Below, piece after piece: positions 1-8,493 of a stretch of DNA of 32,000 nt. The DNA is taken from NCBI GenBank assembly GCA_027460535.1, contig JAPZAR010000035.1:1414-33413 (forward strand), written 5' to 3'. The notes under the pieces were generated by a model, which worked only from the letters and a program-made list of their open reading frames with translations, ran no database searches and was not told where the DNA came from. The translations under genes and the position numbers were made by a program. This DNA comes from Candidatus Methanoperedens sp. GTDB lineage: Archaea > Halobacteriota > Methanosarcinia > Methanosarcinales > Methanoperedenaceae. Positions within the stretch are counted from its first letter, which is position 1, and every line of letters starts with the position of its first letter.

Positions 1-423
1 ATTTATTTCCACCAGTTTGTGCTCAATAGCAAGAAATCTGTAAATGCCTTCTGGAACATCGCTGACATTATTGATAAGCAGATATGTTTCAAGTGCATGT
101 CTTGCACCTGCAGAAGGCACATTTCTGAAAGTTGCACCAGGTGTAACGTGAACCACTCCCTGTGTAACCCACAGTAAATATGAAAGTTCTTCAATTGTCA
201 ATGGTTCCTGTGAATACTTGCGTATACTTCTTCGACCTTCAATTGCCTGTCTCAGGTCAAGGCTTCTTATTTTGATATTTTCATGCTTGGGAAGATCAAT
301 AACTGGTCTTGATGCATCATATTCCCGCTCTAATGGGGGCTGGGGCAAGTTACTGGATTGGTCAGACCTGTCAAGATACTGGAACTTCGTTTTTTCCATA
401 AATTCTTTTCCGATGGTACTCAT
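1..423 (-). CDS. SagB/ThcOx-type (nitroreductase-fold) dehydrogenase, N-terminal 141 codons only; gene runs off the left window edge
   Basis: Absent from the ORF track because it is edge-truncated. Hand translation from ATG (423-421): MSTIGKEFMEKTKFQYLDRSDQSSNLPQPPLEREYDASRPVIDLP...AIEGRRSIRKYSQEPLTIEELSYLLWVTQGV...FRNVPSAGARHALETYLL. Frame stays open to position 1. RRSxRxY and PSAGxxH motifs are typical of this fold. Confidence 0.75.
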   Translation of the reverse strand, partial: MSTIGKEFMEKTKFQYLDRSDQSSNLPQPPLEREYDASRPVIDLPKHENIKIRSLDLRQAIEGRRSIRKYSQEPLTIEELSYLLWVTQGVVHVTPGATFRNVPSAGARHALETYLLINNVSDVPEGIYRFLAIEHKLVEIN

Positions 424-548
424 CAATTTCAACTCCCTTTTATTATAGTGTAATGCTATATTTGTTTTTTGTGAGCCCGAAATATTGCTATCGAAAGATT
501 AATATGATTTAAATATATCTTACCCTGAAATATAATACAGGAATCCTT

Positions 549-920
549 ATGAGAACCCATGAAATTAACCCACCTGATGACCAGGAAATAGCGGAAATAC
601 TCATTTCCTTAGGCATGAGCAGACCTGTTGCCAGAACCCTGACATATCTTCAAAAAGTGGATGCTGCTACATCTGTTGAGCTTGAGAGAGCTACGGGATT
701 GCGCCAGCCTGAAGTCAGTATAGCCATGAAGGCGTTGAACCCACATGATTGGATAGGCGAGCGTGAAGAAAAGAAGCCGGGCAAAGGAAGACCGAATAAG
801 GTATACTCTCTTAAAGTCGGGTTTAAGGACATAATCTCCCATCTTGAAAAACAGCAGAAAAAAGCTATTAATGATGCAATGATATCGATCGAGCGGCTGA
901 AAGAGCTGGGGAAAGAATGA
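549..920 (+). CDS. winged-helix (ArsR/TrmB-like) transcriptional regulator
   Basis: 123-aa ORF. HTH-like segment VARTLTYLQKVDAATSVELERATGLRQPEVSIAMKAL is followed by a basic wing, KKPGKGRPNKVYSL. A TATA-like gatttaaatatatc lies about 40 nt upstream. Confidence 0.75.
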   Translation: MRTHEINPPDDQEIAEILISLGMSRPVARTLTYLQKVDAATSVELERATGLRQPEVSIAMKALNPHDWIGEREEKKPGKGRPNKVYSLKVGFKDIISHLEKQQKKAINDAMISIERLKELGKE

Positions 921-966
921 CCTTACAACTCAAGATCAGGATAGTACTTGCCTTATTCAAATAAAT

Positions 967-1647
967 ATGTATATCATACTACTCCAGGCAATTGTGCTCT
1001 ATCTGATTTCGGGATATCTACATCGTTCCCTGTCGTCATCAACTTTGTACGTTGTTCTTATGCTGCCGGGAACGATAATACATGAGATCAGTCACGCAAT
1101 AGTGGCTTTGCTCATGGGTGCACACATAACAAAATTCAGCGTCATGCCGTCGGGGGACACTTTAGGGCATGTAGAACATACCGCTCCAAAGATACCATTC
1201 ATTGGAAATGCTGCCATATCAGTCGCTCCGTTGATCGGATGTCCGGCAATACTGCTTCTTATAAGCAGCTACTTTGGAGTGCATTTTGATCTTCCGGCAG
1301 GTTCCTTTGACATAGTTGCAGAGACACGATTTTTGCTCGACGGAACTTTTTCTTTTATCACTGGCCTGGATTATTTGAGCTGGAAAACATATGTTTTTCT
1401 TTACCTTGCACTGACGCTGGGAGCTGGTGCAGCACCCAGCAAAACAGACATAAAAAGCATGCTTCCGGGTCTAATTATTGTTGTGGCGGTGATCTTCGCA
1501 TTGAACTACTTTGGTATCAACATTGTCTATCTGAACAATGTATTCTTCTGGTTAAGTGCAGCCCTTTCAGTTGCGATGATTCCTTTGCTGGCTGTAACTG
1601 TCATTGTTGCGATGCTAAAGTTGACAGCGGTTGTAAAATCGCCATGA
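967..1647 (+). CDS. polytopic membrane protein with HExxH zincin motif (putative M50/DUF3267-like metalloprotease)
   Basis: 226-aa ORF with several hydrophobic helices. GTIIHEISHAIVALLMG sits at the end of the first helix. Confidence 0.7.
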   Translation: MYIILLQAIVLYLISGYLHRSLSSSTLYVVLMLPGTIIHEISHAIVALLMGAHITKFSVMPSGDTLGHVEHTAPKIPFIGNAAISVAPLIGCPAILLLISSYFGVHFDLPAGSFDIVAETRFLLDGTFSFITGLDYLSWKTYVFLYLALTLGAGAAPSKTDIKSMLPGLIIVVAVIFALNYFGINIVYLNNVFFWLSAALSVAMIPLLAVTVIVAMLKLTAVVKSP

Positions 1648-1755
1648 TCTTATTCATGAAAAAAACAAGGACAACAAAGGGCATATCTTGAGTCGCGCCA
1701 CAAGCGGCCCTTCGAAATCAGTTTTATACCCTGCCAGTGTATAGGGTGTTAACAT

Positions 1756-2271
1756 ATGGAAGTTAAGATCATCAGAAGCCCGGACAGAAAAAAGACCATT
1801 CAGGCAAAGATGGCCGGAGAGACTCTTTTATTATATCTCCCTCTTGGAATGCACCGTGAAGAGGAGAGAAAGCTCATAGAGAAAATGAAACAAAAAATGG
1901 AGAAAAAGAATCTTAAGACCAGGATCAATAAAGATGATCAACTTAAGAAAAGATTTGATGAGTTCAACAGTAAATATTTCCAGGGTAGGCTCAGGGTCAA
2001 CTCCATCGAATTTGTTACAAACCAGAAAAAGAACAACGGAAGCTGCTCACCCAACAGAGGCACCATTAGAATATCTCACAGGCTCCTTGACATGCCAGGA
2101 TGGGTCCTTGACTATGTGATCATGCATGAGATGACTCACCTTGTGTATCCGGATCATTCAAGAGCCTTCTGGGAAAAGGTTGGAGAATATAAATATACAG
2201 AAAGGGCAAGAGGTTTCCTGATAGCTAAAGGCATGGAGGGGGAAGAGAATGGAAGCAATGGATGTGATTGA
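1756..2271 (+). CDS. YgjP/DUF45-type (M48-like) zinc metallopeptidase
   Basis: 171 aa. N-terminal VKIIRSPDRKKTIQAKM, then NNGSCSPNRGTIRISHRLL and YVIMHEMTHLVYPDHSRAFWEKV (HExxH plus downstream H/FW), as in the DUF45 family. Confidence 0.8.
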   Translation: MEVKIIRSPDRKKTIQAKMAGETLLLYLPLGMHREEERKLIEKMKQKMEKKNLKTRINKDDQLKKRFDEFNSKYFQGRLRVNSIEFVTNQKKNNGSCSPNRGTIRISHRLLDMPGWVLDYVIMHEMTHLVYPDHSRAFWEKVGEYKYTERARGFLIAKGMEGEENGSNGCD

Positions 2272-2548
2272 AGGAATCATGGTGCGTGCGTGAGGATGGG
2301 TTCTCATGAACACAGATTGCCTGTATCTGCGCTTATCGGCGTCATGCCTATTGAGAAAGTCACATTTTCATGCATAGTTTTTGATCAAAACTTGTGAAAT
2401 GTAATTTAGATATGCTGATTTTTAACAGGTGCGCCGGACTTTAATTAGCGTGATTAAATAAAATCAGAACGGCCCGTATAAAAGCACCTCCAAGGTCAAA
2501 ATAAGATGATTATATTTAGTTGAAAAACAAAGAAAAGATGCGTGTAAT

Positions 2549-2767
2549 ATGTCTGAAGCTGCCGCAGCAGAAACCCCAAAAATAATGGAGAAGGTATTCA
2601 ACATACTGAAAAGGGAGCTCAGCGCAGAAGAGTATCTAATATATCTTCAGGCGATAACTCCGAGAATAGGAGACGCAACAGCTGAACTCAGGGACATTAC
2701 TAAAAAAATGAGTCTTGAAGATGTGCTTCGCAAGGCAAAGCGAATTGAAAAAACAATGAAAGTGTAG
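2549..2767 (+). CDS. small hypothetical protein (72 aa, charged/helical)
   Basis: ATG-initiated ORF in an otherwise gene-free 600-nt gap. No recognisable motif. Confidence 0.45.
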   Translation: MSEAAAAETPKIMEKVFNILKRELSAEEYLIYLQAITPRIGDATAELRDITKKMSLEDVLRKAKRIEKTMKV

Positions 2768-2874
2768 AAATGGGTTAGTAGCAGAGGCAGACGCTCCACT
2801 GGTAGACAAATGGCGCGCCACCTGCGGTATCCTTCGGAACGATCCACCTCTCCCGCCAGTGCAGGTATTTTTGA

Positions 2875-4074
2875 CTAATACAACCGTCTGCGCCTGTTAT
2901 GCTGCTGCTGCCCTCTTCTCACAATGGGCTTATTCATCCTTCTCTCAGGGTTCCTTATCACAGCCTTCTCAAGGACAGGCAATATCTCTTCCTTGATCTC
3001 CACATCATTTTCCTTCAATACCTGTGAAAAGTTATCATAATCCTTGCTTGAAAGAATATTTATGGCCTTTCCTTCTGCTCCTGCTCTTGCAGTCCTTCCG
3101 ATCCTGTGGATGTACTGCTTGCTTTCACGTGGAATATCGTAATTGTAAACATGGGATACACCCTGGATATCAAGTCCCCTTGCAGCCACATCAGTGCATA
3201 CAAGGATACAGGATTTTCCGGAATGGAATCGATCCATCACATTGTTCCTTTTTCCCTGTGGCAATCCGCCATGAATGGCCATTGCATCTATTTCTGCAAA
3301 TCTCAAGTTTTTTGCAACTTTATCGGTATTTCGTTTCGTGTTGCAGAATACCATAACAAGGCGTGAGTTTTCATGCTTCAGCAGATGCACAAGCAATGAA
3401 AACTTTAGATCCTCGCCGACATCATAATAAGTCTGAATCAGTTTTTTGGGGTCGACATAGGAATCAACGGAAACCTGGAGCGGTTTTTTCATGTGCCTCT
3501 GGGCGAGCCTGACAACGTCTTTTGTGATGGTTGCCGAGAAAAGAAGGGTCTGCCTGTCCTGGGGGCATTTTCTGATTATTTTCTCCACGTCATCCTTGAA
3601 GCCCATATCGAACATCCGGTCTGCTTCATCAAGAACAAGGGTTTTCACTTTGCCCAATCGAATAGAATTTCTTGCGATGTGATCAAGTATCCTGCCGGGT
3701 GTTCCCACCACAACATCTGCGGTCCGCAATCCCTGGATTTGCGGATTGATCCCCACACCTCCATAGACCGCAATGATCGCTAAAGGTTTGTACTTTGAGA
3801 ATTTCGCCAGAGCCTTTGAAACCTGCTCGGCCAGTTCTCTTGTGGGAGTCAGGACCAGAGCCTGGATACCATTTCCCCTCTCGGAACTTTTTATTATACC
3901 GGAAGCAAATGCAAGCGTCTTTCCGGAGCCTGTTGCAGACCCGGCTATAACGTCTTTCCCTGCAAGTATCAGAGGGATCGATTTTTCCTGTATTTCACTG
4001 GGATTCTCAAACTTCTCATCTTTTATTGATTTCAAAACGGGCTCACTTATGCCCAGATCTTTAAAACTTTCCAT
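2875..4074 (-). CDS. DEAD-box ATP-dependent RNA helicase
   Basis: Q-motif region FENPSEIQ, motif I AGSATGSGKT, VLDEADRM (DEAD), SAT, HRIGRTARAG, and a basic C-tail. I place the start at the internal ATG 4074 (MESFKDLGI...) rather than the track start at 4140. Confidence 0.93.
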   Translation of the reverse strand: MESFKDLGISEPVLKSIKDEKFENPSEIQEKSIPLILAGKDVIAGSATGSGKTLAFASGIIKSSERGNGIQALVLTPTRELAEQVSKALAKFSKYKPLAIIAVYGGVGINPQIQGLRTADVVVGTPGRILDHIARNSIRLGKVKTLVLDEADRMFDMGFKDDVEKIIRKCPQDRQTLLFSATITKDVVRLAQRHMKKPLQVSVDSYVDPKKLIQTYYDVGEDLKFSLLVHLLKHENSRLVMVFCNTKRNTDKVAKNLRFAEIDAMAIHGGLPQGKRNNVMDRFHSGKSCILVCTDVAARGLDIQGVSHVYNYDIPRESKQYIHRIGRTARAGAEGKAINILSSKDYDNFSQVLKENDVEIKEEILPVLEKAVIRNPERRMNKPIVRRGQQQHNRRRRLY

Positions 4075-4247
4075 ATTATTTTTTTGAAAAAGCGTGATGC
4101 TGTTTCTTATTAACCTCTTTAATTTATATATTAGGAACAATTAAGAGCTATAAGCACAACTTTATAAAAGTCTAGATTAATTTACTGCTTAAAAGTTTAT
4201 TCACCTATTGCTAAACAACTATTATTTATAGTTTAGCAGGACTAATC

Positions 4248-4361
4248 ATGAAACTCAATGTAGATAAAGACATTGTCTGTTTAACCTGGATATGTAGCCT
4301 TAAACCCAAGACCGCTGCAACGTATAGATATGGCATACATCGATTTTGTGAGTACATTTAA
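4248..4361 (+). pseudogene. possible remnant of a tyrosine-recombinase N-terminal (SAM-like) domain
   Basis: 37-codon ORF MKLNVDKDIVCLTWICSLKPKTAATYRYGIHRFCEYI. The S/T-x-x-T-x-x-x-Y...F..Y pattern resembles integrase N-termini. A second short fragment follows at 4382-4453. Weak. Confidence 0.2.
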
Positions 4362-4453
4362 ACAAACATAACATAGTTTCAATGGCGACAGAGGAATACT
4401 TAGACCTTCCAACGATGAAACTCAAAGATATCCGCAAAGCCGTTAATATCTGA

Positions 4454-5089
4454 TTAAGAAACACTGGTAACGTAAATTATTTCGCAAGAACCGTCTCTCG
4501 TATCATATCTTGTTTGGCTTGTTTTCCACATCCATTTACCATCACCAACAATATATGTTTTGGTCACATCAACTAAGTAGCCCTTAATAGTTACTACATC
4601 ATTTGTTTTAATACTTTTAATTGCATTTGCGATAGAATCATTTGCTGGAATGATATGGTTATTTGACATATGGGATGTTATGTCATCCGATACCGTGCCA
4701 GTGTATCGATATGAGCATATTCTACCGCCCTGACTGTAAACAATATTGCTATCGTTTACTATTTTACCCCATACAACGCATAAATCCACAGGCGATATTC
4801 CAAGTTTGTCATGGTTATAATTGGCTGTGCTTACTACCTTTGCGGATATTTCATAATTTGCTACTGGGATTATTGTGTATGCTTCATAAATATCACTTAT
4901 CGTAAACGTTTTTCCGCTATATGAAGTTTGGATAGGTTCTCCTCCTAAATTACCTGCATTGCCTGAATAAGTTCTTGTCTCTAAATTATTGGCAAAAGCA
5001 CCTTCCATGTAAAGAATTGCTGTTGATGATACAAGAATAAACGTAAAAATTATACCAAAGATTATTATCTTGAACCTTAGATTAGACAT
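4454..5089 (-). CDS. hypothetical protein with N-terminal membrane anchor/signal (orphan, AT-rich)
   Basis: ORF with hydrophobic N-terminus MSNLRFKIIIFGIIFTFILVSSTAIL. Start set at ATG 5089 (track uses GTG 5110). No family recognised. C-terminal DTRDGSCEIIYV. Confidence 0.65.
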   Translation of the reverse strand: MSNLRFKIIIFGIIFTFILVSSTAILYMEGAFANNLETRTYSGNAGNLGGEPIQTSYSGKTFTISDIYEAYTIIPVANYEISAKVVSTANYNHDKLGISPVDLCVVWGKIVNDSNIVYSQGGRICSYRYTGTVSDDITSHMSNNHIIPANDSIANAIKSIKTNDVVTIKGYLVDVTKTYIVGDGKWMWKTSQTRYDTRDGSCEIIYVTSVS

Positions 5090-5291
5090 TATAGTATCTA
5101 CTACTATCACTGAGGATATATATTGTCATCGTTATTACCATTGCCATTTGATAAAGCAGCATTAGACCACTTTCCACCTCTTCCATCTTTCATTCCGTTA
5201 CCAGTTGAATTTCTTAGGTTGTAGGGTGAAGTGACAACAATATCAAGGCCAAAGTTTTTAATACACAATGACATAAATTATTATATATAAA

Positions 5292-7391
5292 TTGAAAGCA
5301 AATCATGCGTCTGCGTTTAAAACTAAATTCACAGAGGGGGCCAAAACCATAGTCAATAAAATCCGCAAAAGGGACGGAAGGATTGTAGAATTCGACAGAT
5401 CAAAGATAGCAAATGCGGTTTTCAAGGCTTTCATCGCCACAAAAACCAAAGATGGGAAGAGAGCAGAGGACATAGCGAACCAGGTAGTGAAAATCCTTGA
5501 GGAAAGGATTCCGGGAATACCCGGGGTCGAGGATGTCCAGGACATAGTCGAAGAAATCTTGATCAAAAACGGCTACACCGGCGTCGCCAAGGCCTACATC
5601 CTGTACAGAGAGAAGCGCGCCCAGATAAGGAAAGCCAAGGAATTCCTCGGTGTCAGGGATGAGCTGAAATTGAGCATTAATGCAGTCAGGGTTCTCAAGA
5701 AGCGATACCTGTTAAAAGATGAGAACGGGAATGTAATGGAGACACCTCTGCAACTTTTCCGGCGTATCGCTAAGGCCATTGCCCTTGACCCTGAATTGGA
5801 AGATGAATTCCTGAACATGCTGATAAATCTTGATTTTCTCCCCAATACACCCACGCTCATGAACGCTGGCACGGACCTGGGGCAGCTCTCTGCCTGCTTT
5901 GTCATTCCTGTTGAGGACTCGCTAGTGAGCATTTTTGATGCTGTTAAGAGCATGGCGCTCATCCAGCAATCAGGCGGCGGGACAGGTTTCTCGTTTTCAC
6001 GGCTCCGGCCGGCCGGGGATATCGTGAAATCCACGAAAGGGGTGGCCTCAGGACCGGTTTCTTTCATGCGTGTTTTCGACACGACCACGGATATAATAAA
6101 ACAGGGAGGCAAAAGGCGCGGCGCCAATATGGGAATACTCAGGGCGGATCATCCTGATATCATCGAGTTCATAACAGCGAAAACGAGGGAAGGATTCCTT
6201 TCGAATTTCAATATATCTGTAGCCGTGGATGATAAGTTCATGAACGCTCTTGCGGAGGACGGCATGTATGAGTTAATAAACCCCAGGAACAGTGAGGTGG
6301 TAAAGAAAGTGAGAGCAAGGGAAATATGGAATCTGATAATTACAATGGCCTGGAGGACAGGCGATCCCGGTGTCGTTTTCATCGATGAGATAAATCGTCA
6401 TAATCCCACGCCTCATATCGGGGAGATGGAGAGCACGAATCCTTGCGGTGAACAACCATTATTGCCCTATGAATCCTGCAATCTGGGGTCGATCAACCTT
6501 GCTAAAATGGTCAAGGATGGCGCCATCGACTGGGAAAAGCTTGAGAAGATCACGAATATCGCGGTAAAGTTCCTTGACAATGTGATAGACGTCAATAGAT
6601 ACCCGCTTCAGCAGACGGAAGAGATCACGCGGGCGAACAGGAAGATTGGCCTTGGCGTCATGGGTTTTGCCGATATGCTGGTGCAACTCAGGATACCCTA
6701 CGATTCTGAAGAGGCCCTGAAAACCGGGGAAGATGTAATGAGGTTCATCCATGAAAAATCCCATGCCGCTTCTGAAAGACTTGCGAATGAGCGTGGTGCC
6801 TTTCCCAATTTCCCGGGCAGCATCTATAAGGAGGCCATTCGTAACTCTACAGTGACCACGATAGCGCCCACAGGTACTATTAGCATAATCGCAGGCTGCT
6901 CAAGCGGCATCGAGCCTCTTTTTGCGGTTTCTTTTGTCCGGAATGTGATGGAAGGCACAAAACTCCTTGAAGTGAATCCTTATTTTGAAGCTGTGGCAAA
7001 GGAGAAGGGATTTTACAGCGAGGGGCTAATGATGAAGATAGCGAGAACAGGGACGCTTGCGGATATCAATGAAGTGCCAGGGGACGTGAAGCGCGTGTTC
7101 GTTACGGCTTTTGATATTGCGCCCGAGTGGCATGTCAGGATGCAGGCTGTTTTCCAGAAATATTCTGATAACGCCGTTTCCAAGACCATAAATTTCCCGC
7201 ATGACGTTGACATAAAGGAAGTGGAAAAAGCATACACCCTCGCTTATCAATTAAAGTGTAAGGGAATAACGGTTTACAGGTACGGCAGTAAGGAGCAGCA
7301 GGTGCTGTACCTTGGGGATTCTATTGACAAGTTCGTGTCCGCCGATGAAGAATATGCCGGTGGCTGTCCTGCACCTGTGTGCCCGGTATAG
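5292..7391 (+). CDS. nrdJ: adenosylcobalamin-dependent (class II) ribonucleotide reductase with N-terminal ATP-cone
   Basis: ATP-cone KIRKRDGRIVEFDRSKIANAV, active-site region TNPCGEQPLLPYESCNLGSINL, C-terminal Cys pair CPAPVCPV. The only in-frame canonical start is TTG at 5292. Confidence 0.93.
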   Translation: MKANHASAFKTKFTEGAKTIVNKIRKRDGRIVEFDRSKIANAVFKAFIATKTKDGKRAEDIANQVVKILEERIPGIPGVEDVQDIVEEILIKNGYTGVAKAYILYREKRAQIRKAKEFLGVRDELKLSINAVRVLKKRYLLKDENGNVMETPLQLFRRIAKAIALDPELEDEFLNMLINLDFLPNTPTLMNAGTDLGQLSACFVIPVEDSLVSIFDAVKSMALIQQSGGGTGFSFSRLRPAGDIVKSTKGVASGPVSFMRVFDTTTDIIKQGGKRRGANMGILRADHPDIIEFITAKTREGFLSNFNISVAVDDKFMNALAEDGMYELINPRNSEVVKKVRAREIWNLIITMAWRTGDPGVVFIDEINRHNPTPHIGEMESTNPCGEQPLLPYESCNLGSINLAKMVKDGAIDWEKLEKITNIAVKFLDNVIDVNRYPLQQTEEITRANRKIGLGVMGFADMLVQLRIPYDSEEALKTGEDVMRFIHEKSHAASERLANERGAFPNFPGSIYKEAIRNSTVTTIAPTGTISIIAGCSSGIEPLFAVSFVRNVMEGTKLLEVNPYFEAVAKEKGFYSEGLMMKIARTGTLADINEVPGDVKRVFVTAFDIAPEWHVRMQAVFQKYSDNAVSKTINFPHDVDIKEVEKAYTLAYQLKCKGITVYRYGSKEQQVLYLGDSIDKFVSADEEYAGGCPAPVCPV

Positions 7392-7397
7392 GTGGCA

Positions 7398-8426
7398 TTA
7401 ATAATTCTTGATCTTTACTTCATCTACAAGGAATGGCGGATAAAAAATGCCGTTCTCCGTGATAATGGCATTCACATTTTCCATGGGTGTGGCATCAAAT
7501 GCCGGATTATAAACTTCCACATCCAGCGGCGCTATCTGGTGTGTTCCAAAATACCTTAACTCATCAGGTTTTCGAAGTTCGATCTCGATCTCATCCTCAA
7601 GGTGCTCAAAATCGAACGTGGATACTGGTGCAGCAACATAAAACGGTATCCCGTGCTCTTTTGCGACGACGGAATGGGTATACGTTCCTATCTTATTGAA
7701 CACAGCATCCTGGGTGATCCTGTCCGCGCCCACAATGACCTTGTCCACCATTCCTTTTCGCATCACATGGCCCGACATGCTGTCGGTGATAAGCGTGACA
7801 GGTATCTTATCTTCCATCAACTCCCACGTCGTGATGCGGCTGCCCTGGTTCAGGGGTCGCGTCTCGCATGAGATGACTCTGATATCTTTTCCCTGCTCGC
7901 GGGCCGATCTGATGACCCCGAGGGCAGTACCCCAGTCCACGCAGGCAAGCCTGCCCGCATTGCAGTGTGTCATTACAGTATCCCCGTCCTCAAGAAGAGA
8001 AGCTCCGTGTTCACCCATTTGCTTGTTCTTTTCCACATCCTCATCGGCTATTGCTTTTGCTTCATCAAGGGCGAACATTTTTGCCTCTTTAATATTCCTG
8101 GCATCCTCGACCGCCCTGATAACGCGTTTTACTCCCCAGGAGAGATTCACGGCAGTTGGTCTCGTTCCTGTGATAGTTTTTCCGGCAGCTTCGAGGTCAT
8201 TCATTAATCCTTCCAATGAAGATGCGCTGCTTTTATGCGCAGCGAGCGCGATACCGAACCCACCTGCAGCTCCGAGAGCTGGAGCACCTCTTATGCGCAG
8301 CTTGATAATTGCCTCGCATAAAGAATCGATACTATTGCATTCGATCACCAAGTACTCCGCAGGGAGAAGTGTCTGGTCAATCATGACAATATTGCTTTTC
8401 TTATCATCCCAGTCTATTGTCCTCAT
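7398..8426 (-). CDS. mtnA: eIF-2B alpha/beta/delta family isomerase, methylthioribose-1-phosphate isomerase type
   Basis: 342 aa. N-terminus IDWDDKKSNIVMIDQTLLPAEY...IKLRIRGAPALGAAGGFGIALAA and ...VIVGADRI... are typical of MtnA / aIF-2B-like proteins. Confidence 0.85.
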   Translation of the reverse strand: MRTIDWDDKKSNIVMIDQTLLPAEYLVIECNSIDSLCEAIIKLRIRGAPALGAAGGFGIALAAHKSSASSLEGLMNDLEAAGKTITGTRPTAVNLSWGVKRVIRAVEDARNIKEAKMFALDEAKAIADEDVEKNKQMGEHGASLLEDGDTVMTHCNAGRLACVDWGTALGVIRSAREQGKDIRVISCETRPLNQGSRITTWELMEDKIPVTLITDSMSGHVMRKGMVDKVIVGADRITQDAVFNKIGTYTHSVVAKEHGIPFYVAAPVSTFDFEHLEDEIEIELRKPDELRYFGTHQIAPLDVEVYNPAFDATPMENVNAIITENGIFYPPFLVDEVKIKNY

Positions 8427-8493
8427 TGAAATCGGGTTTATATCGAGCCGTCAGATATTTAAGTACTGCCATTATGTTTAACCTCAGAGGAGC

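Noticed and set aside
218-448. Track ORFs 218-448 (+) and 3-194 (-, TTG start).
   Set aside because: Both are superseded by the hand-translated minus-strand SagB-type gene (1-423) in a different frame or strand, which has clear family motifs.
2768-2874. GC-rich spacer between convergent genes, considered as a tRNA or other small RNA gene.
   Set aside because: I could not build a cloverleaf. There is no T-loop (GTTCRAATC) or anticodon-arm geometry. It is retained only as a weak structural note in the findings.
7696-8481. Long antisense ORFs inside confident genes: 7696-8481 (+) in mtnA, 12890-13591 (+) in purH, 5594-6127 (-) in nrdJ, 25965-26480 (-) in pdxS, 16139-16801 (-) over DUF366, and several + ORFs at 3024-4087 in the helicase gene.
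   Set aside because: These are shadow ORFs on the strand opposite proteins with unmistakable family motifs. Their translations are low-complexity (Ser/Arg/Pro/Ala-rich) with no recognisable domains.
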